From NCBI GenBank assembly GCA_973895155.1, contig OZ316899.1:7815241-7879240 (forward strand): 64,000 nucleotides of DNA, written 5' to 3'. The notes beneath the pieces are model-generated. The model ran no database searches. It saw only the letters and a program-made list of their open reading frames with translations, and was not told the origin of the DNA. Source of the stretch: Marsupella aquatica (taxonomy: Eukaryota > Plantae > Marchantiophyta). Position numbers and translations under genes: made by a program. Every line of letters starts with the position of its first letter. Position 1 is the first letter of the stretch. Below are positions 1-12,449 of this stretch, piece by piece.

Positions 1-1083
1 GCTCTGCTTCTCTTCATTTAATGCCTTGTTCAACTGCATTAAGAGATAGCCGTTGTAGTCTCGGCTTGCATCGATATTCTCCACCAAAAATACCTGGGCT
101 TTGCCGATTTTTGCTCTCGGCAAGGTACAATGCAACGTGAATCTCAGGAAATCAATCAGCTGCCCTATATGCGGGTTGGTATATTGATTCCTGAAAAACC
201 CATTCTTAGTGGAAGGCCCTGGAAATGACCTGAACTGGTCATCCGGCAACGTCTTCCTCTGCTCCACCTTAGTCTTCCTTCCTGTTGGTAAAGCAAAGAC
301 GGCTTTGATAAGCGCAGGTGTTAGTTTGAACACCTTTCCATACAGCAGCGTCATGTTGGAAGAAGCCTCCCAGCATCCCACGAAGTCCAATAGATCCTCA
401 TCTGGTATGTCTACCATCCTCCAGGACAACCTGACAAAGCCCTCAAACCCAGTGTCATTCATATATCCTCCATATTTATTATCCTGAATGGCACTGAAGA
501 CCTCATCCTCATCTCTTGCGAACTATAATTGTAAATTGGCAGGTAACCTGTTTGCCCACCCTGTCATGGTTTTATCCTCTACAGCCCGATCTCTAACTGG
601 CCCGGATTCCATCTTGATTGGTCTCTCCGACCTAGTTTGCTTTGCTAGAGTGGCGGATGCCAAACCTCCCTTGCGCTTCATCTCTTCAGCGCCTGAATAC
701 TCCCCGAGAATGGCTTCCTTTGTCCACTTCATAGTGTGACCCTTCAATTCCCAAAGTGGCTGCCCTACGTTCTTGATTGCCTCCCTAATCCCCACGACCT
801 TATTCTCCCGGATCAGCAATTGGTCAAGCTTCGCACTGGTGGGTGTCCACGAGAACTTTTCCAACACCTCCTCCGTATCTACGAATGTTGTTTTGTGAAT
901 TCCCCACAATTGCGCAAGCTCCGCTCGTTCTCTGGCTGCGCGCTTCGGCTCAACGTCTTCATACGTAGGTATCAGCTGCCTTGCTTCTTCAAGCAAACAG
1001 CCCCAAAACTTCCCTGCCTGATTCATCGTGTTCATTCCACCGAATGCCAAGAACTTGCGCAATCTCCCAATCCACCTTAGCAC
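1..1083 (-). pseudogene. LTR-encoded accessory ORF (homolog of the family B and C LTR ORFs), with an in-frame stop at ~523; truncated by the window edge
   Basis: FWGCLLE...AELAQLW...WTPTS...ENKVVGIREAI aligns with the family C ORF at ~44250-44548. The frame continues past the stop as ...LTPALIKAVFALP...LHCTLPRAKIGKAQVFLVE...SRDYNGYLL, matching 43343-43615. Confidence 0.8.
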
Positions 1084-1370
1084 TTGACTGACAGTCGCTC
1101 CTCAATGTCAAAACCGTGTACACGAGAATGCGAAATGGCAGAGTATTGGTCACCTTACTCCGAAGCCGCCGCTTAGGGGTCCTTGTGATCAAGCATGGAT
1201 TAGGTCATAACTCCAATCCGCTGGATCTCAACCATTGGATCCTTTCCTTTATTATCTACACGTAGAAATCGGCATCGGTCTTTATTGTTACCTTATACTA
1301 TCTATCTATCTTTATTTAGCCATTTTTTTTAGGCTTAGTTATTACTTTGTGATCCTGGCAAGGCATCACA
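1..1370 (-). mobile_element. 5' (or solo) LTR of a family-C-related Ty3/gypsy element, running off the left edge; inserted into the 5' LTR of gypsy A
   Basis: The minus strand starts TGTGATGCCTTGCCAGGATC at 1370, matching the family C LTR start TGTGATGCCTAGCCAGG at 44922. No PPT flanks it; gypsy A LTR sequence resumes at 1371. Confidence 0.75.
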
Positions 1371-1544
1371 ATAACCTTTGTGAGAAAAGTAAAAAATATA
1401 AAGGAGTGAGAGTTTGCTCCGAAAAGTGCTTGTCGCTTGTCCCAATCATAGCCAAAAATGCGCAGTTTGCCTGAGGAGCCCCTAACTTTAAGTCCTTGCG
1501 ACATTGGCGACCATACTGGAGAGTCCTTGGGGCAATTGGATGAG

Positions 1545-4500
1545 ATGGGTGACTATGACAAAGTCGATCGGATATCGAGCATCGTCATGTCGATGATGAG
1601 AACCATAAGGAAGGAAGAGCTTGAGTCGGAAAGGGCGAACAGGGAAGCAAATAGAACTACTCGGTGTCTCCAAGAGGTTCTGAAGGAGAATGGGCAGTAC
1701 GATGGGAGAAATGTGACAAGCTACCTTAAGTCTTACTTGACAGAAGCAACTGTCTACAAGTTGGATGAAGGGACAGCCGTGAAAGAGTTCATGGTGCTGG
1801 TCGAGAAGGAGTTGAGTTTGACGGTACGGACCATCGTTGAGTCAGCTGAGGGCTGGGATGACTTCGACTAGAAGATGAAAGAGGAGTTCCAAGCGGAGGA
1901 TGCTGATTGGGTCACGCAGGCTACCTTCTTGGATTGGGTGAATGAGAGGAACAAGAAGCTGAAGGGGCCGCAAGAGCTCCTAAGGGAGTTCAAGAGAAGG
2001 GTGTCTCAGTTACCAAAGCAGGATGTGGGAATCATTGAGTTGCAGCGCTCGACGCTCTTCTTGAGGGCAGCCAATGAGGACCTTTGAGAGGAGCTTGAGA
2101 ACGCGATGGAGCTGCTGGAACCTTCGAGAGTTACCTTGTCTAACGACTGGAACCAAGTTGAGAAAGCGGTGTCAAAAGTGAGCAATCGACACCGACGGCG
2201 AGAGCTAGACAAGGAGGCTACTACTCTTGACCTAAGGCCGTCGGAACCGATATTGAGGAAAGGGAAGCAAGAACCAGCGAAGGATGAGATCAAACCATCG
2301 GTGGATGATCTTGCGGAGATGATGCAGAACCTGAAGATCTTGGCGGCACATGCGGTTGAGAATCCAAAACTGAGGGTTGCGAGTGCTCCCAAGAGGAAGC
2401 GAGAGATGCAGAGTTGGCCATGCATGTGGTGCGACAGCAAAGAGCATGACAAATAAGAGTGCCTAGACCCAAGGGAAGCTGCGGATAAAGGGCTGATCAA
2501 GTTCATCGGTGAAGTTGGTCAGAAAAAGATATCGTTTGCCGATACTGAACAGCCAATTCCATTCCACTCCAACAAGGGAGGCATGAAGGCTTTGGCTGAG
2601 AAGCGAGCTGGGAAGCGAGTCGAAGAGGCGTCCTCTTTGCACCTAGAAGCAAATGTTTACAATGTGGAGTTGGATGGCCCCGTGATGGAAACGGACAAGT
2701 TTTACAAGCGCTTGGCGGATCTGGTGTGAGAGAGATCCGGATGGAGTGACCCGGTGCTGATCAATGCGATAACGGTTGAGGTTGGGGCTAGTTGGGATGC
2801 CTCGGTCGAGTCAAAAAGGAAGAAAACCGACGAGGATGACACTCCGTCTCAATCAAGGGAACGAGAGAGGCGGGATACTTGAGACAAGGAGAGAAGGGTT
2901 AGGTTTGAAGAAGAGGAAATGAGCAAGAAAGAGCCGGAGAAAGGGAAACCGAACAGGAAGGACCCAGGCTGGGTGCTTGGCAGGGATGTGGACCAGGCCA
3001 TGTACCCGGAGGTTGTAGCTGAGAAGTTCTGGAGCCAACAGGCTCAAGGGTTTACCAATGCCATGTTCTTTGGCAGTATGAGGCGGGAGATCCAGGAAGC
3101 GATCTTGGAGAGATCCAAGAGGAAACGGATTTACAAAGAGGGCCCTCACACCTTGATGGGGGAGGCTGGCGAGACGGAAATTGGGAGTTTCCAAACTTAC
3201 ACTGTTGGGGTGTCCATGGGTTCAGGTAGTAAGCCTACTGGCCCCGAAGAGTCAGACTTGGGGAAAACAAAGAGGGTCAAGTTCCTTGAAGAGGAGCTCA
3301 TGAACTTGGACGATGAGTTCTTCGATGCGGAAGAGGAGCTCATGGGAACCGGAAGCAAAGCTGAGTTTGTGGCAAATAGGGACCCGACTGAAGGGGAAGA
3401 ACGAGAAAGCATTACCGCGCAGTCGAGGACCATTCATGTCATGGGCTCAATGAAAGGAAACGGTTATGCTTACCGAGATGGATACTGGGCTCGAGCAAGT
3501 CCGGAGAGCAAGTGCCAGTTGGAAGGAATGGAAGGCAAGGTGCGGGCGCTCATTGATACTGGCTCGGACATCAACTTGATGGATCCAAAGGTGTTTCAAA
3601 AGGGGAATTGGCCGGTGGATAATGAGTTGCTTTGGAGTGTGAACTCGGTGAGTTCAATCAAGGACTATCTTTGGGGTGGAGTCCGAATGTGATGGTGAAG
3701 TTTGGGAATGTCAAGCAGGCTTGTAACATTTTTGTTCATGAGCACTTGTCATTTTCGGTGATACTGGGCATGCCGTTCATCACTGAATGGAGGATGGAGA
3801 CGAAGGTTCTGGATGATACTACCTTCATGGTGAAGGTTTGGAGCAAAGATGGGAAAGAGGTGGTTCAATTTCCGGCTGTTTTACCTAGAAATGAGAGGAA
3901 TAGGAAAGGGTTGAGGACTGAGAGTGCCGACTCTGGTCCAAGTCCGGAAAATGACTTGGCACTTTGCTGAAAAGAGTGGATCGGCGGAGTGCTCATTCCT
4001 TAGCTCCTTGTGAAGGGGAAAACACAATGGATAATGGAGAGGAAGAGCCACTCAAATGTGCGGAGTCTAACTTGGGAAGGGACAAGCTGGAGAAGGAGTT
4101 GGAAAGGCAGTACTTGTCTATGGCCGTGCTTGTATACTCGAGTACCAAATACAAGATGGTCGACAAGAAGGTGAGGCCGGCGGCGATACCTTTGCCGGAC
4201 GATGTGATGGAGGTTATGGATCGAGCGAGGATGGAACCAAGGTTGAGGCCAACTGATCGGATAGGGCATAAATTTACTCAAGAGAGTTTGGCAAAGCTTA
4301 AGATTGGTTCGGATGGGTTACTTACGGAGGTGGAGCAAGTGGCATTTTGAAAGATGATAATGGAGCATGGCAAGGCATTCTCGTTTTTGATTGAGGAGAT
4401 TGGTTGTGCGGATCCAAGTAAGGTGACACCAATGATCATCTTTACTGTCCCTCATGTTCCGTGGGATCTGAAACCGATTTCGGTTCTGCGGGCTTTAGCT

Positions 4501-7362
4501 CCAAAGCTTGCGGAACTGCTTAAGGAGAAGCTGAGTGCTAGGATTCTCAAGAGGTCTGATGCTCCCTACTCGAACAGATGGTTTACAGTGAGAAAGAAGA
4601 ATGGAAGCTTGAGGTTCATTCAGGGTATGCAACCTCCGAACAAGGTGACCATCAAGAATGTGGGAGTTGGGCCACTCGTGGATGAGTTTGCGGAGGAGTT
4701 CGCTGGGAGGGCGATCTACTCCATGGGTGATTTGTTTTTGGGTTACGACCAGTTCTAGTTGGCGCAAGAGAGCCAAGACATTACGACTATGAGGACCCCG
4801 CTAGGCCTCTTGAGGATGTGCACTCTTCCTCAAGGGGCGACAAACTCAGTAGCGCACATGCAAAACGCGATGAGTAAAATCTTGGAGCCGTTCATTCCGG
4901 AAAAAGTGAGACCGTTCATTGATGATGTCCCAATAAAGGGGTGCTTGGCTGAAGGGAAGGATGAGACCTTGAGGAGTGATGGGATCCGGCAGTTTGTGTG
5001 GGATCACATTGCTGATGTTAAGGTGGTTCTCGAGAAGCTGATTGATGTGGGAGTCACTCTTTTGGGGGAGAAGTCTGAATTCGGGATGAAAGAGGTGAAA
5101 GTCGTTGGGCAAATGTGCGGATCTTATGGAAGGAAGCCAAACATGGATAAGGTGAGAGCTATTAGCGAGATGAAGGATTGCGAATCCGTGCCGGAAGTTT
5201 GAAGGTTTCTGGGTGCTTGTGTCTTTTACAAGATCTGGCCCCTCATTTCTCGCACCTGGCGGACGCGCTCTATGAGCTGTTGAGGAAAAAGGTTAAGTGG
5301 AGATGGCTACTTGAGCATAGTGAAGCAATGGCTAAGCTTAAGAGCGCTCTCATGAGCCCGCCAGTTCTCCGAGCTACGGACTATGAGAGTGGACGACCAC
5401 TGATCATGACTGTTGATGCGAGTCCGTTCGCAACCAGGTGGGAAGTTGGGCAAGATGACGAGAATGGGGAAAGGTATGCGATCAGATTGGTGCAAAAAAA
5501 ATTACGGAAAGGCAAAGGAGATATGCCCAAGTTAAGAGGGAGCTTTGGGGTGCCAAGGTGGCGCTCCATCAAGAGAGGAACTATTTGATTGGGGAGCCGG
5601 TGGTGGTTGAGACTGATTGTCAATCGCTGTTGGGGATGATTGCAAATTGTGACACGCCTGACATAGCGATGCTCAGGTGGATCGCTTTCATTCGGATGTT
5701 CAACCCTGAGCTAAGTCACATTGCAGGAAAGGATAATCCGGTTGCCAACATGCTGTCAAGGGCAAGATTCGGAAATGAGGTAGCAACGAGAGTTGGCGAG
5801 GTGACCGGAACCGAAAGTGTTGGAAGTCTAGAGTTCAAGGAAGAACTCTACTCAGGAGAGTTGCTGGATATCAGGCGTTACATTAGCACTTTGGAGAAGC
5901 AACCAGAGTGGAGTTACCAGGAGTTTGTCAAGATCCGGAAGAGATCTTACAAGTTCCTATTGAGGGAGGGCTACTTGTGGCAAAGGCATAAGGACCCAAG
6001 TCAGTTGTTGCAAAGGGCTATGGGTACTAAGGATGAGAACGACCAAATTCTCAAAGAGTGCCATGATGCTGACATGGCTGGGCACAAAGGGGTGCATTCA
6101 ACTTATGAGAGGGTTCGAAAGCTGTACTGGTGGCCAGGTTTATACTTGGCCGTTTGAGACTATGTCAAGACTTGCGAGATTTGCTAGTTTTACTTGAGGA
6201 TCCAACATAGGGATGGATTGGTTCCGACTTACCCCGTGGCTCTACACTTTCAATGGGCTGTTGATGTGGTGTACATGCCAAGAGAGAGCAATGGGGCGAG
6301 ATACTTGGTTTTGGCGAGAGAAGACTTGTCTTCTTATGTGGAAGGGAGAGCGTTGGTTTCAAACACTACTGCTACCGTTTGCCAGTTCATACTTGAGGAT
6401 ATCATTGCAAGGCATGGGTGCTTTACAAGGATCAGAGCTGATAGGGGGAGCTCAGCTCCAAGGAAGCGCAAGAGTTTTTTGACCAACACCGCATCAAACT
6501 AAAGCTGACTTTGAGTTACAATCCGGAAGGCAATGGGAAATCTGAAAGGGGGCACATCCAGATTGTGGGCGCTTTGGCTAAGGCTTGTGATGGGGACTTG
6601 GGCAGGTGGTCGAGTCTCCTTCCACTTGCTCTGTTAGCGGATCGAATGACTTGTAGCTCACTGACCGGATACATTTCGGCTGAGCTACTTACTGGGCACT
6701 TGCCGATGATGCCACTCGAGGAAGATGTTTGCACTTGGCAACTGATTGGATGGAAAGATGACGTTTTGAGAGAGGAGTTGCTGGCTTGAAGGATCGAACA
6801 CTTCAACTTGTTACCCGTGAAGATTGAGGTGGCTCGGAAGCAATTGAAGATGGCGAGGTTAAGGAACAAGGGCAGGTTTGACAGGACTCATCGGTTGAGG
6901 CCTGTCTTGGTTAAGGAAGGGGATTGGGTTCTAGTTTACGAAAGTAAGTTGGATGAGCAACACTTGAGCCGAAACAAGTTTGCTCGGAGGTGGCAAGGTC
7001 CGTATGTGGTGGTTGCTATTCATGCGAATGCGACCTACACTATTCGGGAGTTAGATGGAACAGTTCACCAAGTACCTTACGCAGGGAAAAGGGTGAAGAT
7101 CTTCAAGAGGAGGACCGAGAAGGGAATGGACTCAAGTTCCAACTTGAGTGAATTTGAAGACGAGGCACTGGTCCAGGCGCATCCGTTGGACTTGACTTTT
7201 GAAAGTGGCTTGACTGGTTCCGATTTGGATGAGTTGGACTTCAAGTTTCTGGAAAGTGGAGTGCCTAAGGCCGAGTCTGAAGGCTTTGGGTTTGAGTTTC
7301 TTGAGGAGGAAGTGGTCCAGGCGCATGGCTTGAGTTCGGACTCAGACTTAGAGGATATCTGA
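1545..7362 (+). pseudogene. gag-pol of gypsy A (zinc knuckle, aspartic protease, RT, RNase H, integrase) with many stops and frameshifts
   Basis: CMWCDSKEH knuckle; LIDTGSDINL protease; RWFTVRKKNG, DLFLGYDQF, LPQG and FIDD in RT; VDAS and VETDC in RNase H; H..GH.G zinc finger, WAVDVV, SYNPEGNGKSER and WQGPY in integrase. Confidence 0.92.
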
Positions 7363-7407
7363 TGGATTGGAGCAGATCGGAGGCTGCTCAGGTTTACTGG
7401 GGGAGGA

Positions 7408-8253
7408 TGTCGTGCCAAAAGATTTTGGCTCAGGAATGGCTTTTATAGGGGATGATGGGCGAGCCTCCCGGTTGGGTTGCGTGCATGCTGACTTGGAGGG
7501 GCTGCTTGGTTGGATGGATTGAGGTTTGGTGATTGGGTGCCTTGTCATCACCAGGTTTGGTGTTTGGGTGAGTCACCAGGCTTGGAGTTTGGATGAGCCT
7601 CGCTGATGGCAGCTGGCTCAGGTTGGATGGTTGGGTTTCCGATGCTACTTAAGACTTGAGCCTTGGCTCATTGAGGTTGGCGGTTGTCTATTGAGATCTA
7701 TTGAGTTGCAAATTGTGAGTTCCGCTCCGTTCTACGGAACTCGACTGTTGTGCGGCGGTTTTGGAGTTCTGAGCGAGTGTTGGATCCAGGTGTGGAGTTT
7801 TCAATCTAGGCGGGGAATTTCTCGAGTTTGGAGTCTCGTTGATCCAGGCGGGGATTTCTCAAGTTTGGAGTCTCGTCGATCCAGGCAAGGATTTCTCGAG
7901 TTTGGAGCCTCGTTGGTTCAGGCCCGAGTTCCGTGTTAGCTTTTTAGACTAGTGGAGTAGCTAGTCGAGTTTTGGTTTTGTGAGCTAAGGAGGATAGTTT
8001 TTCCATCAATTTTGAGTAGTTAGTCACTCGAGGAGTTCTACTCGACAAGTTAGAGGTAGCGGCCCGCCGTAGGGCCAGCTACTTGACTCTTGCGGGCAAG
8101 CTTACTCGAGGGCACCTATTGTAACCTTTGTGAGAAAAGTAAAAAATATAAAGGAGTGAGAGTTCGCTCCGAAAAGTGCTTGTTGCCTGTCCCAATCGCA
8201 GCCAAAAATGCACAGTTTGCCCAAGGAGCCCCTAACCTTAAGTCCTCGCGACA
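7408..8253 (+). repeat. 3' LTR of gypsy A (846 bp) containing ~36-bp internal tandem repeats
   Basis: TG...CA ends with a TGTCG/CGACA inverted repeat; PPT directly upstream; 3-4 GATCCAGGCRRGGATTTCTCRAGTTTGGAG units at ~7780-7920; near-identical inverted copy at 48394-49241. Confidence 0.9.
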
Positions 8254-8967
8254 GCGGCAAGGCCCACTAGTCCTAGGGAAGTTGGGGTTGAGGCTAGTGT
8301 CCCAAGAGGGAGAAAGCATTCCAAGAGGCGGGCCCGAGGGGATACCAATTTGTACAAGGCAGTGGTTATGGGTAGGTGGGGTGATTGTGAGTTCACTGGC
8401 AGACGTGTCCCTATCATCAAGGGCTGGGATCCTGAGACTCTTGGTTTGCCACAACAACTTTCCTACAGTGAGGTAGAGGTTTGGGGTAGACGTTGGGTTA
8501 TCAAACCTTCCACACTTGGGGAAAGACATGGCTATGGAGTTTTTTCTTGTGAGGACATCATTGTGGACGCCGAGAGTGGTAGAGGTGGACGCGGCCAAGA
8601 GGGGCCTACTTTGTTTCCTTATGGTGGACCCATCTACAAGAGAAGACATTGGAACATGATCCTTGCACAACACCCTGAGTGGAAGACTTATGCATTGGAT
8701 ATGGATACTTTTGATGGAAACACTAGAAGGTATAGTGAGCAGTGTGTCATAGATGGGGACCCCATACGGACTGGGAATATTGATGGTTTCATAAATAGTA
8801 CCATGGGGACTCGCCCTAAGCGTAGGCAACATTGTGAGTGGGTTTTCATTGAGGGTCCTCTGCCAGCACCTTATGGCCAGACATATCATCATGATCATTG
8901 CCTAGTTGTAGCGACGAGGACCATTAACTCAGGGGATGAGTCATTTACTCACTATGAGTGGGATTAG
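8254..8967 (+). CDS. SET-domain protein, 3' part (5' end cut off by the gypsy A insertion)
   Basis: SET motifs KPSTLG..HGYGVFS.EDI (GxG), PYGG (YxG), GNIDGFINS and VVATRTINSGDESFTHYEW. The frame is open from the LTR boundary at 8254. Confidence 0.75.
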   Translation, partial: AARPTSPREVGVEASVPRGRKHSKRRARGDTNLYKAVVMGRWGDCEFTGRRVPIIKGWDPETLGLPQQLSYSEVEVWGRRWVIKPSTLGERHGYGVFSCEDIIVDAESGRGGRGQEGPTLFPYGGPIYKRRHWNMILAQHPEWKTYALDMDTFDGNTRRYSEQCVIDGDPIRTGNIDGFINSTMGTRPKRRQHCEWVFIEGPLPAPYGQTYHHDHCLVVATRTINSGDESFTHYEWD

Positions 8968-9164
8968 GGTTAAGTTAAGGGTCATCGGTGGTATGTTGCA
9001 TATCAAATGACACTACATATGGCCTTTGGCCACATTTTGTATTTGCACCACAACCAATATTATTTCATTTTTGCACACCCCTAGCCCATTTTTGTGTGTG
9101 TTCTCTTTGCAATATAACTTTCAATTGTTTGCTTTGTTTTTAGAATGTGCAACCCTCTCCAAAT

Positions 9165-9682
9165 ATGTTACCACGGAGATTGAGAGCAACATATCAAGAA
9201 ATGGGTATGCCAGAAGAAGGACATGGATCAAAGTCACAATCCTCATCAAGGGATAGTGGAAGCAGTAACCCTGATGAAGAGGTACCTCGGACGGATGAAC
9301 AAGTAACCAATGACCAGGATAGAGCCATGGATGACTTTATGGTTGATTGGTTTGGTGTCGACAACCCTGGTGATGAAGTTAATGACCTTCCCAATGAAGG
9401 ACAGGTGCCCTCCATTGATCCACGCCCAAGAATACCCCTGAGGGACAACGCCAATGGGAAGAAGCAGAGGAACAAGCCCGAACACCTATCTATGAGGGTG
9501 CTCGTTTGAGTCGCCTTTCAGCCATCTTGGGGTTGATGAACCTACAGGCCAAACACAAGGCAAGCAATGCCTTGTTATTTGATATGTTTGCACTTTGCCA
9601 TGACCTTATGTTACCCACTGAGAATGTGTTGCCAGCAACTTGGAAGGAAACAAAGAGTGTTCTCTCATCTATTGACATGGAA
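9165..9682 (+). pseudogene. CACTA/En-Spm transposase (TnpD) N-terminal part, duplicate copy 1
   Basis: LSRLSAILGLMNLQAKHKASNALLFDMFALCHDLMLPTENVLPATWKETKSVLSSI(G)ME is the typical region ahead of Transposase_21; contains a frameshift. Confidence 0.75.
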
Positions 9683-9877
9683 GGGTATGACATGCATGAT
9701 AGTAAACAGGAAATAGGTACACTGGTACCAGCAAAACTTTACTGTTACCAGAAAAATGACAATGTAAAAATATTTCCTAAAAATCCACATTTTCCAAACA
9801 AAAAAATTGTCGACAACATTTTTTGGCTAGCTTTGGGCGCTAGCAAAAAAATAAATTTTTTTCAAAAACATTACCAC

Positions 9878-11001
9878 TATTCAGGGACATAGATCTCATG
9901 TGCCAACAAACTCACTACCTTCTATTCCATTTGGGAGTATGGGGGCTCCCTATATAGTACATGGCGTGGTGGTTATGTAACCACCTCTTGTCCCTATTCA
10001 CTAGGGTAAGTCTAGTTTACCGGGGTTAGGTTTATCACTTATAACACTCCCCCTTGGTTGGGTGATGAGTGTGTTCCAGCCAACCATATGATGGGGAAAG
10101 CTAACCCTATGGTCTATAGTCTGGCCCAATGTAGTATGGTCTCATTAAAACCATGCTTCCATCATGGAAAGAGTGCCACTACTATAACATAGGTTTGGGT
10201 CCAGTTATTGAATGTATGTCCTTATAGTGTGCAAAAAGGGTGCATAAGGGGAATTAAAGGGTGTAATCTCTATGTATGTGCCCGTTCATGTGTCTAAAGA
10301 CTCGTGGTCTGTGTTTATGTTTAAGGAGCTGTTTACGCTCCTACCCTAATCCTGCGGGCCACGGGTTGGACGCCTCCAGTTGTCGGTTTGTTGCTTTGGT
10401 GGGCTGCTGACATCGTTTGAATCTTCGTTCGTTCGGTAGTCGGTGCGGCCATGTCGGGAGGTCGTCGTTTGTGTGTTGGGATTAGTCAAGTCTCATCGGT
10501 TCTGCGTGATTCTCGATGGTTTGGGGTGGCGGATTGGGGGTAGCATGTGATGTTGGAGCTCCCATTGTATCAGTTTGATCGACAGTAATGGGTGTGCAGT
10601 TTGGGTAAGTTCCTCAATGGCCTGCGTCATTCTTTTCCTTGTAAAAGATGCCATACTTCGCGGTCCTATCTCGTATGCATGTTCGCGGTGTAGTGCTGGT
10701 GGGAGTGGTTTAGTGAACAAGTCCGCGCGGTTGTCTTTACTTGGAATCCATTGTACTTGGACCTGTTCGCCATGCTGTTCGTGAGTGAAAAAGAATTTGG
10801 GTGCTATGTGTTTGATTCTATCCCCTTTAATGAATCCCTGGACTATCTGCTCCACGCAGGGTCGGTTGTCTTCGTATATAGTTGTTGGTTTCTTTAGTTG
10901 CGCTCTGCCTGTGTGCAAGTGTATGTGGTTTATCAGGTTTCTTAGCCAAATGCTTTCCTTGGTGGCTTCGTAAAGTGCTATTATCTCGGCGTGATTTGAG
11001 G
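9878..11001 (-). mobile_element. Duplicated 3' end of the copia element (3' LTR 9878-10046, PPT, RNase H tail)
   Basis: Matches 12645-13768; IYEDN, RIKHI and ADLFTK motifs. Confidence 0.9.
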
Positions 11002-11020
11002 ACCTTAAGTCCTCGCGACA

Positions 11021-11734
11021 GCGGCAAGGCCCACTAGTCCTAGGGAAGTTGGGGTTGAGGCTAGTGTCCCAAGAGGGAGAAAGCATTCCAAGAGGCGGGC
11101 CCGAGGGGATACCAATTTGTACAAGGCAGTGGTTATGGGTAGGTGGGGTGATTGTGAGTTCACTGGCAGACGTGTCCCTATCATCAAGGGCTGGGATCCT
11201 GAGACTCTTGGTTTGCCACAACAACTTTCCTACAGTGAGGTAGAGGTTTGGGGTAGACGTTGGGTTATCAAACCTTCCACACTTGGGGAAAGACATGGCT
11301 ATGGAGTTTTTTCTTGTGAGGACATCATTGTGGACGCCGAGAGTGGTAGAGGTGGACGCGGCCAAGAGGGGCCTACTTTGTTTCCTTATGGTGGACCCAT
11401 CTACAAGAGAAGACATTGGAACATGATCCTTGCACAACACCCTGAGTGGAAGACTTATGCATTGGATATGGATACTTTTGATGGAAACACTAGAAGGTAT
11501 AGTGAGCAGTGTGTCATAGATGGGGACCCCATACGGACTGGGAATATTGATGGTTTCATAAATAGTACCATGGGGACTCGCCCTAAGCGTAGGCAACATT
11601 GTGAGTGGGTTTTCATTGAGGGTCCTCTGCCAGCACCTTATGGCCAGACATATCATCATGATCATTGCCTAGTTGTAGCGACGAGGACCATTAACTCAGG
11701 GGATGAGTCATTTACTCACTATGAGTGGGATTAG
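11021..11734 (+). CDS. SET-domain protein fragment, duplicate copy 2
   Basis: Translation identical to 8254-8967. Confidence 0.75.
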   Translation, partial: AARPTSPREVGVEASVPRGRKHSKRRARGDTNLYKAVVMGRWGDCEFTGRRVPIIKGWDPETLGLPQQLSYSEVEVWGRRWVIKPSTLGERHGYGVFSCEDIIVDAESGRGGRGQEGPTLFPYGGPIYKRRHWNMILAQHPEWKTYALDMDTFDGNTRRYSEQCVIDGDPIRTGNIDGFINSTMGTRPKRRQHCEWVFIEGPLPAPYGQTYHHDHCLVVATRTINSGDESFTHYEWD

Positions 11735-11931
11735 GGTTAAGTTAAGGGTCATCGGTGGTATGTTGCATATCAAATGACACTACATATGGCCTTTGGCCAC
11801 ATTTTGTATTTGCACCACAACCAATATTATTTCATTTTTGCACACCCCTAGCCCATTTTTGTGTGTGTTCTCTTTGCAATATAACTTTCAATTGTTTGCT
11901 TTGTTTTTAGAATGTGCAACCCTCTCCAAAT

Positions 11932-12449
11932 ATGTTACCACGGAGATTGAGAGCAACATATCAAGAAATGGGTATGCCAGAAGAAGGACATGGATCAAAG
12001 TCACAATCCTCATCAAGGGATAGTGGAAGCAGTAACCCTGATGAAGAGGTACCTCGGACGGATGAACAAGTAACCAATGACCAGGATAGAGCCATGGATG
12101 ACTTTATGGTTGATTGGTTTGGTGTCGACAACCCTGGTGATGAAGTTAATGACCTTCCCAATGAAGGACAGGTGCCCTCCATTGATCCACGCCCAAGAAT
12201 ACCCCTGAGGGACAACGCCAATGGGAAGAAGCAGAGGAACAAGCCCGAACACCTATCTATGAGGGTGCTCGTTTGAGTCGCCTTTCAGCCATCTTGGGGT
12301 TGATGAACCTACAGGCCAAACACAAGGCAAGCAATGCCTTGTTATTTGATATGTTTGCACTTTGCCATGACCTTATGTTACCCACTGAGAATGTGTTGCC
12401 AGCAACTTGGAAGGAAACAAAGAGTGTTCTCTCATCTATTGACATGGAA
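11932..12449 (+). pseudogene. CACTA transposase N-terminal part, copy 2; continues at 32079
   Basis: Ends ...SSI-(G)ME; after the nested inserts are removed it joins ME-YHIVHTCVNDC at 32079. Confidence 0.78.

Larger units (their letters stand above)
1371..8253 (+). mobile_element. Ty3/gypsy LTR retrotransposon A (non-chromovirus, possibly Phygy-like), degenerate; 5' LTR interrupted
   Basis: 5' LTR remnant 1371-1503 matches 8121-8253. PBS-like TGGCGACC at 1505; gag-PR-RT-RH-IN order; PPT GGGGGAGGA at 7399-7407; 3' LTR TGTCG...CGACA at 7408-8253. Confidence 0.93.

Noticed and set aside
8116-8898. 260-aa minus-strand ORF
   Set aside because: Antisense shadow of the SET ORF running into the gypsy A LTR; no recognisable motifs.
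9683-9892. C-terminal half of ORF 9506-9892 as transposase sequence
   Set aside because: Read-through into the MITE and the copia LTR.
10493-11665. 390-aa minus-strand ORF as a novel RNase H fusion gene
   Set aside because: Chimera created by the duplication junction: antisense of the SET ORF joined to the copia RNase H tail.
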